Source: Octopus sinensis
Taxonomy: Eukaryota
Direction: 5' to 3'
Length of the DNA stretch: 64,000 bases
Assembly (NCBI RefSeq): GCF_006345805.1
Contig: NC_043005.1
Span: 38,874,001-38,938,000 of the forward strand
Positions within the stretch are counted from its first letter, which is position 1, and each line of letters starts with the position of its first letter. Positions 26,965 through 40,143 of this stretch are shown here, in pieces. Both the position numbers and the translations under genes were made by a program. The notes under the pieces are model-generated. The model saw nothing but the letters and a program-made list of their open reading frames with translations, ran no database searches and was not told where the DNA came from.

Positions 26965-27208
26965 GCGCCCTTTTAGAGCCTAGCCAGGCTCATGGGTTCG
27001 GTTCCCCGGTTTCATTGGCGTATGTGTTCCCCAGCTGGACGGGACGCCAGTCCGTCGCAGCGTTACTCATTTTTGTCAGCTGAGTGGACTGGAGCAACGT
27101 GAAATGAAGTGCTTTGCTCAAGCTTAGAACGCGTCACCCGGTCCAGGAATCGAAACCACAATCTTACGATCATGATGCTGACACCCTAACCACTAAGCCA
27201 CGCGCCTC
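26965..27208 (-). mobile_element. tRNA-derived SINE (family D-related head; gcgacggactggcgtcccgtccag core)
   Basis: Reverse complement: ggaggcgcgtggcttagtggttaggg..ggtttcgattcctggaccggg (A and B boxes). Confidence 0.8.
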
Positions 27209-27583
27209 CAAACAAGCATACATACACACACATATTTATTCATATATATAAATGAGCACATAGGTATACTTGTATATATATATATATATATATATACGTT
27301 CATACATACTTAGTAAAACAGGCGCACACGCACACACTCACACACACACATATATATGTATTTATGCATACAGCTAGACACACGTGGCCTGTTTGTCTCC
27401 AAATCATTACGTTGTTTTCTTACCTTAATCATAGTCACAAGCATACAATACACACAAGCAGCATTCACCACCCTGCACCATTGTCACTCTGTCCTCTCTC
27501 CTTCACCTTCCTCTCACTATCTTTCTTTGTCTGTCTGTCTGCATCACTCTATCTTTCCCTCCCTCTCTCTCTAAATATGTATA

Positions 27584-27636
<53 letters not shown>

Positions 27637-28269
27637 TTAAACTTCCGCATCGCTATCTATCTCAGCTTCTTTCACTTCTTTCTCTGAGCAATTCTTCTGA
27701 CAGCTTTCTCCACAATATATCAAAAGTTGTTGACTCCAATCAATATATGCTTCCGTTTAATCAAGCTAGGGTTTTTCAAAGCAATATTTACTGCAACAAA
27801 GTCTGAAGTGGTTTTGCATGGCAGAGTGCCGCGCAAAAGTCGTAATTGAATCAAGGAAAATGTTTAGGAAAGTTTGCTAAATTTCAGTGGCAATTACTTT
27901 ACTGGCTTTTTCATTCATTTAAAGCAAATGTTATGATTATTTCTATTCGTGTAATAAAATTTTTACTATGAATATTAAGAGTTTATTTGTAATGTCTCAG
28001 AACAAAATATTTGGTTAGCAATCTATTAGAATATGCGTGGATTGTGTATATGAACTATACATATACACAAACCTATACACACACAAACACATACATGTAT
28101 ACGTACATATGCATATATATGTGCATATATAGATAAATAGATAGATATATAGACAGACAGATAGATAGATATTGATATAGATTCATACAAATACATATAC
28201 ATATACATATAAAGCACAAACATATATAGACACATTCTTATATTGTTATATCGTCTTATATATACATAC

Positions 28270-28313
<44 letters not shown>

Positions 28314-28331
28314 ATATAAACACATATATAT

Positions 28332-28365
<34 letters not shown>

Positions 28366-28434
28366 ATATATATATATATATACATATATGTATACATACA
28401 TATATGTTAATATATACATATAAATACATATAGA

Positions 28435-28825
28435 TTATTGCAGCGTTGTTGTGTGGTAAGAAGCATGCGTCCCAACCACATGGTTCCGCGTTCAGTTCCA
28501 CTGCGAGGCAGTTTGGGCATGTGTCTTCTACTATTGACTCGGGTAGAGCAAAACCTTGGGAGTGGATTTGGTAGACGGAAAATGAAAGAAAACCGTCGTA
28601 TATATGTATATATTTGTGTGTGTGTACGTCTTTGCTTGTCCCGACACCATCGCTTGACAACCAATGCTGGTGTGCTTACGTTTCCATAATCTAGCGGTTC
28701 GGCAAAATCACCCGATAGAATAAGTACTAGAGTTACTAAGAACAATTTCTGAGGTCAATTTGTTCGACTAAAAGCGGTGCTCTACTATAGCCGCAATCAA
28801 GTGACTGAAACAAGTAAAGGAATAA
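28435..28825 (+). mobile_element. SINE family A (diverged)
   Basis: ccaaccacatggttccgcgttcagttccactg..ggatttggtagacggaaa..gcggttcggcaaaa..gactaaaagcggtgctc. Confidence 0.8.
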
Positions 28826-28864
28826 ATGAATATATATACATATATATATATATATATAATATAT

Positions 28865-28915
<51 letters not shown>

Positions 28916-29603
28916 ATATATATTATATCATATATCCATATATGTGTGTGTATATATATGCATACATAAACAAATACATAAATACATACATACATATATG
29001 CATATACACTGCACACATGTGATGGCAATATATGAACGGCTAGTATGTATTATTTTAACTTGAAAGAGTATTTACAATGAATCTCGAGGATAAAAGAAAT
29101 TATGATAAAGGTTATGACATCGATGAATCCATATACCTGTTTGTTTATTGAGGATGACATATCGATTTACACCGATTTAAAAGTATGTGTACGTGCTTAT
29201 AGATACAAAGACACGTATACATACAAGCAAATATATAACCTATTCTGTGTGTATGTATTAGTGAGTTTGTACATTGATAGGTTAGTAGATAAATATTTGT
29301 TCTTTGTTATTTATATATTTATAGTTTGGTACAGAACGGCTTCCTTAAACATATTCTATCTCACAATGATTCCTAACAACGTTGCTATATACCTTAGTCT
29401 CTCTGTCTCTCTATCTCTCTATGTATCTATATATCTTTCATTTTACCTATATATCATGCTCTCTCTGTCTCTCTCCCTCTCTTTCCACACACACATGCGC
29501 ACAAACACATATTTACATATATGCATATATATATATATATATATATACATAATTATACATATATAAAGACATAACGATAGACTCATACGTATACACATTA
29601 ATG

Positions 29604-29665
<62 letters not shown>

Positions 29666-30166
29666 TATATATATTATATATATACTGGTACAGAGAGACA
29701 AAGAGATGCATTTCACATAATCATTATTAAATGGTTTCTTTATGAAAAGTAAATTTTATTCACGCGTCAAAATCTCTTTAAATCGCGGTTCTTTGATATT
29801 CAACATAGAAATTGTGATAGGAACAGTGATGTGATTCAAAATAATATTAATGACTCTGGTTCGATGAGGAATTTTGAAGTTCTCCAAGTGGTTGTAGCGA
29901 GAGTGTTGATGATCATGTGCTGGGGTGGGGATATGGAAGAGGAGGATACAGTGCGTATCGAACAACATTATCAATGTCATCAGTATCATCAAATGAAAAT
30001 TACAATGCATAACACGTAACACGATGCAAGAGGCAGGTCACAGTTCTGATTCTGAAGACTTCATATATCGCGAAGTAACTCGCGCGTCTTCAGACATATC
30101 ATCACTGAGAGAAACGTGTATATATATATATATAAAGAGAGAGAGAGAGAGAGAGATAGATATAAG

Positions 30167-30207
<41 letters not shown>

Positions 30208-30256
30208 CATATAATATACAAATACATATTATATGCATATATACATATATATGTAT

Positions 30257-30306
<50 letters not shown>

Positions 30307-31129
30307 TAATATATATATAATATATATATATATGTGTGTGTGGTGTGTGTGTGTGTGTGTGTGTATACATATATATATATATGTATGCATACATATATAT
30401 TTATGTGTATGTGTGTGTGGTGTGTGTGTGTGTGTGTGTATAAGGCAAATAAGAAACAGGGGAGGATTTAAAATCAACAAACAACAGCCAGTAAACATTC
30501 CATCGTATCTATTTATTAGATGGTAACAAACATGTGTTAAGTGGTATGAGTAACCGAATGAGATCAGCCAATAAATACGTAAACATATATTTATATATAT
30601 ATATATAGAAATGAATGAATAATACTAGATGAGCCCCTTCACGACTCCCGTGCAGATAATTACATGTTTTGATGTGTGTCTCTGATATAACGAAATAAAA
30701 CGCTACTCGCATATCCATAGGTACTTCACGTAGCCCATCCATTAGTAAGGACGAACTTGAATTTTCATGCCTTAAATATTCTTATATGTATGTGTACATA
30801 TGTATTCTTATAGTTATCCGTATTATTATTTTATTTTTTATTTTAATCTTTTGTTTTACTGGTATTGTAATTTATAGATAGCCCTAACGGACCTAAACAG
30901 CGCCATTGTTTTTAAATGTTAGCTGACCAATTAAGCTGCAGGATCGAATTTGACCTCACTCCACTACGCATAGGGGTACTGGGATTAGGTTTCGGTCAAT
31001 AAGTAACAAATATTAACATCGCTCTAAGGTTTCACCCAGTTTTTATCTCATTAATTTATCCCTAACAGGTTCTATTTAAGGTATTTCTACCAACTCCTTT
31101 CATAATGCTATGTCTATTAAATAGCGACT

Positions 31130-31370
31130 AGCCTCTATCTTCTGACCCCTTGTAACATGGAGCATACCATAGAAACAGCTTGACCTCTCGCTATCCAAGA
31201 TCCCGATGAACCAATATCAAGGTAAGAAACTCAAATGAGGGCAGCAGTATTAAACTTCCTCATTCACCAAAATCCAATCCCATAGTATTGACCAATTAAA
31301 AGGTGTTTATTCTGGCGGTGCCCCATCATGGCCACAACCTCAGAGCTGAAACATTTAAAAGAATAAAAGG
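31130..31370 (+). mobile_element. LINE 3' end (Nimb/I- or CR1-group; clade uncertain)
   Basis: KQLDLSLSKI(P)DEPISR*ETQMRAAVLNFLIHQ, then the tail ggcggtgccccatcatggccacaacc..ctgaaaca..aaaagaataaaag. Confidence 0.6.
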
Positions 31371-31414
31371 ACTCTCTCCTGTTTCACCATGGTTCACTCT
31401 CTTTTTGTGTGTGC

Positions 31415-31505
<91 letters not shown>

Positions 31506-32579
31506 TCTTTTACTCTTTTTTACTTTCTCTCTCTACACGATGTAAAGTTTTACTACATAAACGAACCGGTTAAGCAACCAACAGTTATCTCGGCTATTTT
31601 ATAGAGAAACATTGCTGACCAGACTATAAACAAAATCAGATATTAAAATTACTCCCCGAAATTTCAGATCTTAAAATTACAATCAAGAACATTTTAAACT
31701 GCAGTTATTCAACATACCCACTACAGTTATGTAAGAAAAATCTCCACCCTGTTGTAAGTATCTATTGAATATTTCTAGAAGACGCTTGGTTATATTAAAG
31801 ACAAATTTTTATTCAATATATGTAATCAGTTTGTGAGGTGAAATCCATTGGAACAACAAGAACACATTTGAATTTGACTAGGCTGTCGGATAAAGTGCAT
31901 TAAAATCTCTATTATTTGGATGTAATCCAAAACCCGAATGCAATGCAAATGCACAGACTTTGTGCTATGAAGCCATTTAAGTATTAAATGGATACCTTTC
32001 AGTTTAGAACGATCCAATATACATTGTAAATATTATATAAAGTCACTCGTTGTAAGGATCAAAGGAACGTGTGGTAAAGTGAGTGCGAGATAACAGAGCC
32101 ATACTAAATGTGTAAGATTTTTTACAAGCTTTATTTTAGATTCAGGCAACTTAGCCATTTCTTACACTCATACAAAACGTATATAAGAATAAGAAAGAAA
32201 ACTATATTATACAAGAAGTTTCATTTTGAACTACTGAGAATTAAAAGAAGCTCTTTTCATGTTCTTTACAAGCGGCTCCATTAACAAAACCTAATGCAGA
32301 ATTAAGTCAGAATTCTTTTTAATCCTTCGTAATGTTGCTAACGATTATCTATAAATATGGACGTAGAATATATTAATGTTTGAGCAGAGATTCAGCCGTA
32401 TGAAAGGGATATCAAACATAAAATAAAATAATAATAATAATTTGATGAAAGAGTGAGGATCGTTTACAGATATTCTACTTCATAAATCAGTGTATTTTGG
32501 ATATTTTGTAGTTTCTTGTTTGTTGCTTCAGATGAAAACTGATTATCATATTCTTAGCTTCGTCAAACATATACAGAGA

Positions 32580-32865
32580 TGGCAGTGATGCGTGGTGGTG
32601 GTGGTGGCAGTGGTTTAGGTATTGATGATGATGATGATGATGGTTGTGGTGATGGTGATGGTGATGGTGGTTGTGGTGGTTGTGGTAGTGGTGGTCTTAG
32701 TGGTGGTGTTGATGGTGGTGGTAGTGATGGTCTTGGTGGTGGTGGTCTTGGTGGTAGTGGTGGTGTGGAAGTGGTGGGGGGGGGGCAGCGGCGGCGCTGG
32801 TGGTGGTGGTCGTCGTCGTCGTGGTGGTCGTCGTCGTGGTGGTGGAGGTGGTGGTGGTGGATGGA
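32580..32865. repeat. (GGT)n/(GAT)n low-complexity tract
   Basis: Directly visible. Confidence 0.85.
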
Positions 32866-33419
32866 GAGGTGTGAAGTGTAGAATGAGTGAACAAGAGAAC
32901 TGGAACAGAGAATATCTTAAATTTCAACGTGTTGAATCCAGCTGTAAAAAATTGAGGTACAAAACAAACCCCAAATCCCAAAATAAGAGAATTTATAATA
33001 CAAAAGAAAAAAAAAGGGGAGAGAGAGAAAGAGAGAAACAGTAGAATGGTGAAGCAGAAGGTGACAGAAAGAAAGAGAGAATGACACAAACAAAGATATG
33101 GAAAAGGAGAAGAAAGATGAAACGAAAAGAAGGGAGCGCTTTTTTTCTTTCTTTTTTTGATGTCTAATTTTGAAATTACAAAGTATCAAATATTCTATTA
33201 AATACAATCAACCACAACAGCAACAACCCAAAAACAGCATGGACTGAACGTGTGGATAACTGTTTCCCTATTTTAAATTAACCTTTCTTCTGACAGTAAT
33301 TGGGGTTAATTAAGAATAGGGCCGAAATTGTAAGGCAACAAGCCACAGAAGAAATTTATTTTTGATTATTGATTGTGGTCGCGCTAATGTTATAGCTCTT
33401 GTTGTTGGCATTGTTTGTT

Positions 33420-33486
33420 GTTTTCATTATTGTTGCTGTTGTTGTTGTTGTTGTTGTTACTATTGTTGCTGATGGTTGCTGTTGTG

Positions 33487-33528
<42 letters not shown>

Positions 33529-33559
33529 GTTACTATTGTTGTTGATAGTTGCTGTTGTG

Positions 33560-33612
<53 letters not shown>

Positions 33613-33619
33613 TATCATC

Positions 33620-33650
<31 letters not shown>

Positions 33651-33704
33651 CAATCATCATCATCATCACAATCATCATCATCATCATCATCACAATCATC
33701 ATCA

Positions 33705-33747
<43 letters not shown>

Positions 33748-33759
33748 CATTATTATTGT

Positions 33760-33795
<36 letters not shown>
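33420..33795. repeat. Mosaic (TTG)n-(ATT)n-(ATC)n-(ATT)n-(TTG)n microsatellite
   Basis: Directly visible. Confidence 0.9.
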
Positions 33796-33799
<4 letters not shown>

Positions 33800-34564
33800 A
33801 GAGTCTGTTTAATTTCGGAATTAAGCTTGGCTTCTATTTTCTGTCACTATTTCTATTTCTATTTACGCACAACACACATACACACATACACGAGCCCACT
33901 TGAATGATGATTAAAATCAAGTCGCTAATAAAAGCAACATATCAAGGAAATATATCTGTAGCAGAATAAAAGAGTGGATTAGATGTTTCATTATTCTTTA
34001 TTCACTTCCCTCTGTTTGTATGTCGTTTAAAAATGAAAAACATAAAACATTTAAGTGCCAAATGTAATTTCAAAGTTATTTTTGTACTTTCACTTCTAGT
34101 ACTGTCCTCATGGCTATTCTAATACCAGTCGTCTTACTATTAGGCTTATATGTTTAACAAGGCCTCATCTTTGATTATATATTTTAATACATTCATCATC
34201 ATCATCATCATTGTTCGACCGTGGTCGAGACTTTCATAGTCTTTTCAAATGGCTAATAATGTGTGCGCGCGCCACTACTACACACATTGGAAAGCATTGT
34301 ACAACCAAGTACTAAAGAAGATCTTTCCTCCTCCATGAAACAAAGCTGTTCCCGCTGGACGTCAACCCAGTATTTCTAAGCTACGGACCCTGTGATTTAT
34401 TGTAAGGTTATCTCCCTAGATAGATTGCCTTCACTACGGCTAAGGAGCCCTTTCTACCCCATTCATACATACATACATACATACATGCATACATACATAC
34501 ATACATACATACATACATACATACATACATACATACAAACATACGTCAAGCTGACAATCATGAA

Positions 34565-34860
34565 GTAGTGAGGTCTATTCCCGGACCGGGCTGGGTATTG
34601 TGCTCTTGAGCAAAACACGTTATTTCATGTTGCTCCAGTTCATTCAGCTGTAGAAATGAGTCGCAACGTCACTAGTGCCAAGCTGTATCGGTCTTTGCCT
34701 TTCCCTTGAATAACATCAGTAGTGTGGAGAGGGGAGAATGGTAGACATGAACGACCGCTGGTCTTCCATAAACAACCTTGCCCAGACTTGTGCCTCGGAG
34801 GGTAACATTCTAGGTGCAATCCCATGGTCATTCATGATCGAAAGGGGTCTTTACCCTTTA
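34565..34860 (+). mobile_element. SINE family D
   Basis: Inverted homologue of 1141-1467. Confidence 0.75.
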
Positions 34861-34867
34861 TCATTAT

Positions 34868-34905
<38 letters not shown>

Positions 34906-35222
34906 GTGGAGGCGCAAGGGCCAAATGGTTAGGGCAGCGGACTCGCGGTCGTAGGATCGCGGTTTCGATTCCCAGACCGGGCGTTGTGAGTGTTTATTGA
35001 GCGAAAACACCTATCTAAAAGCTCCACGATGCTCCGGCAGGGGGTGGTGGCAATCCCTGTTGTACTCTTTCGCCACAACTTTCTCTCACTCTTTCTACTG
35101 TTGGCCTGCGCGCTTAGCCAGCGGGGTGGCGTCATTTGAAGGCTAAAACAATGCGAAGCGCATTGTGACCAGCGATGTGTAACAACATCTGATAGCCTGG
35201 TCGGTCATGGTGATCACGGTGA
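34906..35222 (+). mobile_element. tRNA-derived SINE, family E
   Basis: Head ggaggcgc..tggttagggcagcggactcgcggtcgtaggatcgcggtttcgattcccagaccggg with clear A and B boxes. Flanked by (TA)n. Confidence 0.8.
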
Positions 35223-35232
35223 TATATATATA

Positions 35233-35277
<45 letters not shown>

Positions 35278-36149
35278 TGTAAGTATGCATAGTAACTGAT
35301 GGGTTGCGTTACACTACAGCTGTTTCAGACTACATACGTTTTCTAGGTAGCTTATCCTCGGAAGTAATAATTATTCAACGAGTTGTAGTCCACTAGCTAC
35401 TTATAAGGCCAAAATACCCAAGTTAAATAAAGATTAAGTTGTCGTTAAGGAATCCCAAGTTAAATTATATCTAAGCCGCGTTAACTTGGTGTTCCTTAAC
35501 GTCACTATAACCATCATATAATTAAGGTATCTTCGGCCTGATGAGTAGACAATAGAGAACCCCTTGTTTAGTATTTGTTTCGACCGAGAATCTGCTAGCT
35601 AGGAAACATATATAGCCTTGATTTTTACCTGCTCCATTCCTTTATTTTGGATACATATATATATATTTCGAGAAGTGGTTTAGTTGTGAGGAACAAAATT
35701 ATAAAAAGGGGAAATAATTAGAAAAATACGTAGTACCATGGTAACATTTATTGTAAGGGAGACATTATTGTAAGGGAGACATTCTAGATGTACCAAAAAT
35801 TAAGGTAGGGTGAGATGTTTGAATTTTAAATCTAATATAAAAAAAGAAGATACACAGAATATACCTATTTCGTCAGAGCAGATTAGATTTCTGTACACAG
35901 CTTTGGTCTCCAGACTCATCAGGTCTCATAGAACGAAGTGAAGAGTTACAAAGGATGTTCAACAATAAAATAACTTCGCTTAAATGCTTTAATTAATGAG
36001 AACATTTTAATATTCTGCGTCTCTTCTCTCTTGAACGCCGAAGAGAGAGATATAAAACCATACACATATGGAAAATGCCGTAGAGGCATGTCTCAAAATT
36101 CAGCATTAGAAAGAATTTTAATGTACGGTCTGGAAGAAGCTGTGAACTG

Positions 36150-36485
36150 CCAAATATACCACCTTCAAAATCACAAGCAAAAACATTCTGTTGAACCATT
36201 CTGATATTTAGAAATCCTCAATTGTTCAACTGCCTAACCTAAGAAATCATAAATATAAAAGGGACATCTACATTGAAATATAAAACATTGGATAAGCTTC
36301 TAATGACGATATTAAACCAGCCAATCATTCAAGGATACACTCAGACATCAGCTGCCTCAAACTCAATCATTTACCAACTTTCAGCCATAAAGCGATAACA
36401 AAGCTGAAACAAAATAAAAGCAGTGCTCCAGCATGACCTTACTCCTACAACTGACACCCTTAGATGAATAGAAGAATAAAAGATA
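36150..36485 (+). mobile_element. LINE 3' end, same family as 31130-31370
   Basis: FRNPQLFNCLT*EIINIKGTSTLKYKTLDKLLMTILNQPIIQGYTQTSAASNSIIYQ, then gcagtgctccagcatgacc. Confidence 0.6.
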
Positions 36486-38183
36486 TTACAAATATCCAAA
36501 ATATTTGTTTTGTCAAAGGCAGACAAAATTGGTCTTCAACAACTTATCCAAACATTATTCAACATTTTTGTTCTACGTAGTTTTGATGATATCTATTATC
36601 TCATCGTATTTCTTTGCTACTGAGAAATAAAATCTTTTGACGATTTTTCAAAAACCAGTGTTTATACGTATATGAACCAGCCTGGTGGCGCCTAAAAATA
36701 TTCGGTGTAAAAGAATATTAAAATAGAGTTTTATCTTTAGCGCAAGAAAGTAGTCCTCTTTTATGGTATCTACCGCACCAACGCATCAATCTGAACAAAT
36801 GATCTATAATAGTTAAGTCACTTGCACCGATTGGGCTTTCTCCTCATTATAAGACGATTGAAGAACACGGCTGGTATTCCTACACAACGACTACGGTGAA
36901 AATTCTTGTAGGGTTGAAGCGATAACACATATGTTATGAAGCTAATGTTTCTTTGGTAAAGTAAAAACACATCCCTTTAAATACAGAGTGCGTGTGATTA
37001 TACACACGCACAAGCATATACACGTGCGCGATCACACACATATACGCGCGTGCAGACGCGCACACACACACATATATATATACATATTCTTACATGCTTA
37101 CTTATTTACATGTAAGTATATAGGTACACGCTTAGAGAAATGAACATATATGCTATCTAAGAAGAAGAATAATGTTGTCACACCTGTTATAATGTCATTC
37201 TGAAAAATGGAAAGGAGTTGATCTACAGAAAGATGTCTAAATACCAGCGATGAGATATTGACAAATATATATTCACACATCTGCGTGTGGGGGAGGGGTG
37301 TTTGTGCATGTACAGAGTGAGCGAGAGAGTGAAAGACATATTTATTTATAGGATTTCTCTTTCACTAATTGCATATTTATGTTCAGAGGCAGGAGAATAT
37401 GTCAGTCTTATTGGTTAACAACAGGGTTAATCATATTATGAAGAAAGGTGATAAAACACGAAGAGAAACTTTGTAGCAAATTAACTGCCGTCTGATCACA
37501 TGTGGTTGCATAACTAAGCAATAACTTACCGTGTACAGAAGAAATAAAAGACCAAAAGTGAAATATGGGATTACTGCCAATAGGTAGCTAATCACAAAAA
37601 ATATTTTTAAAAGGGAACGTAGAGGCATGACAATCCCTCAATATAGTTTCCTACCTTACAATGACTCACATCTGACGAGAATGTTCCAGAAAACTGGTAT
37701 GAGAAACATCGTAGATAAACTACCAATAACATGTCTAGACGAAATAAAATGATACGGGTATTTCCGCCATTTTGGCTATAGCAATTATATCGTAGGAAAC
37801 TAACTTATCTTTGAAAAATAATGAGATTAGTGTCAGTCTAATACCATTTCTGGTAATTTTCCAAAGCTTTTGTCCTCTTCTTTCGCAAAGTATTACATTT
37901 AGCTGCTGTATACGTTGTACTGATAATCTACATCCACTTGTCAATATTGTCTGTTATAGTGAAACTGGCCAGGATGATTATATTGTAAAAGACACAGGCA
38001 GGAATGTACGCGGCTATGTAAACAGACACATAAGGACACAGACAGAGGCAGAGAAGCCCAGAGGCACACGCGCACACGCGCACACACGCATACAATTACA
38101 CACATATATATGAATTTTTGTCTGCATATATAAAAGTATATGTATGTATATAGATACACTTCTATAAATATTTATATGTGCAC

Positions 38184-38215
<32 letters not shown>

Positions 38216-38226
38216 TAGATAGATAA

Positions 38227-38292
<66 letters not shown>

Positions 38293-38438
38293 GTATATGT
38301 AGGTATGCATGTATGTTTCTATGCTCATACATACATACATGCATAAATACTTCGATCTCTAAAATAAACAACACAGGAGGCACAAAATTTAAGATTATCT
38401 AAGAGCTTTAATTGAATGAGAGTGCTTTAGTATGCGGA

Positions 38439-39015
38439 CCTTAATTCTAGCAAAATATTCTTTTCTACTCAAGGCACAAGGCCCGAAATTTTGGGGGAGG
38501 GGGCCAGTCAATTAGATTGACCTCAGTACTTAATTTATCAACTCCGAAAGGATGAAAGGCAAAGTCGACCTCGGTGGAATTTGAAATACCTATTTCTATT
38601 TCTTTACTACCCACAAGGGTCAACAAACAGAAGGGACAAACAAGGACAGAGAAACGGATTAAGTCGATTATATCGACCCCAGTGTGTAATCAACCCCGAA
38701 AGGATGAAAGGCAAAGTCGACCTCGGCGGAATTTGAACTCAGAACGTAGCGGCAGAGGAAATACCTATTTCTTTATTACCCACAAGGGGCTAAACATAGA
38801 GGGGACAAACATGGACAGACATAGGTATTAAGTCGATTACATCGACCCCAGTGCGTAACTGATACTTATTTAATCGACCCCGAAAGGATGAAAGGCAAAG
38901 TCGACCTCGGCGGAATTTGAACTCAGAACGTAACGGCAGACGAAATACGACCATGCATTTCGCCCGGCGTGCTAACATTTCTGCCAGCTCGACGCCTTAA
39001 TTCTAGCAAAATATT
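38439..39015 (-). mobile_element. Trimeric family B SINE with target-site duplication
   Basis: Three copies of cc(c)gaaaggatgaaaggcaaagtcgacctcgg(c/t)ggaatttgaa (~38542, ~38695, ~38878). ccttaattctagcaaaatatt is repeated at 38439-38459 and 38995-39015. Confidence 0.88.
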
Positions 39016-39173
39016 AAGGAACTGAAAAAGAAGCATGTGTCAGCGATAAAGAGGATTGATCGTAGGGTGTAGCTAAGAAAATCTAATAAATGACAAGCAT
39101 GTCTTTGTCTTCTATGAAATTAGGTTTCTGGGGGTAATTTCCTCGGCACAATTATCTTGAAAATAAATTTCGT

Positions 39174-39419
39174 TGGATTCAAAGGATAAATAAAACAATG
39201 TAACCAAACACCATATTATTGTCTTAACGACTCTATACATAATGTGCGATGGTATTTTCCTCAATTATCGTAAAGGCAGTTGGCCGAAACGCTAAAGCAT
39301 CAGATACAATCTTTCTCTTTCAAAAATGTGTTTTTCTTTCAAAATGAGTTTGAGTTTAAAAACTCCAGGGGGAGTATTTGTTTATTAACAACATTTGATT
39401 GTATGTTTTCAGTTAATTA

Positions 39420-39455
<36 letters not shown>

Positions 39456-39475
39456 TGTATGTATGTATGTATGTG

Positions 39476-39507
<32 letters not shown>

Positions 39508-39525
39508 TGTATGTATGTATGTATG

Positions 39526-39586
<61 letters not shown>

Positions 39587-40143
39587 GTAAATAGGTAACT
39601 GCACATACACATGTACAGACATACATTACGTTTGTGTATCTATTTTCGTGTTCAGTCTCTTTAGTACGCCATTGTTAATGATTTGTACATTGGAGACTCC
39701 ACCACATAGTGAGAAAGTTTCGTAGATTTAATCAATTCCAGTATAAACGTGGTTCCTATGTCATCAACCCTTACAGTAAAGATAATGCCCTAAAGACTCT
39801 ATTGCAATTTGAATTAAAAGCTTAAATGAACGTAAGAAATTACAGTGAAGTCACATAATCACCATCATAGACCGGTATTCAATCGTTGCTGGTGCTTTAC
39901 GGATAAAAATTTTATACACCTCCAGATTTATGATTAGAAACAAATTTGAATTTAGAATGCCGTGTTTAATAATAGTTTTAATAAATTTTATCCTAAAATA
40001 TGTAAGCAAAAATCTGATACTTTGCCGGTTCGGCCAACTATTTTTACGATAATGAGGAAAACGCATTTAAACATTATGTACAGAATCGTTAAGACAATAA
40101 TTTAGTGTGAGGTAACAATGTTTTATTTATCATTTAGATCCAT
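39174..40143. mobile_element. Old MITE/fold-back element with ~135-bp imperfect terminal inverted repeats
   Basis: 39174-39311 aligns with the reverse complement of 40010-40143 (gataaataaaaca..ttattgtcttaacga..acataatgt..ttttcctca..ttatcgtaaa..agttggccgaa..aaag.atcaga). Confidence 0.65.

Noticed and set aside
30050-30120. ctgaagac..gtcttcag inverted motif resembling a hammerhead
   Set aside because: There is no correctly placed GAAA-stem III-UH on either strand.
31570-32050. Possible Penelope RT remnant (DFNALYPT-like peptide on the minus strand)
   Set aside because: A single short motif with many stops is insufficient support.
34906-34980. tRNA-like sequence with A and B boxes
   Set aside because: It is the head of a SINE, continues into SINE body, and gives no complete cloverleaf. 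The same applies to 27130-27208 and 1380-1467.
38530-38930. Three regularly spaced ~45-bp direct repeats resembling a CRISPR array
   Set aside because: The repeats are SINE cores, the 'spacers' are related to each other, the unit has a TSD, and there are no cas genes in this eukaryotic context.
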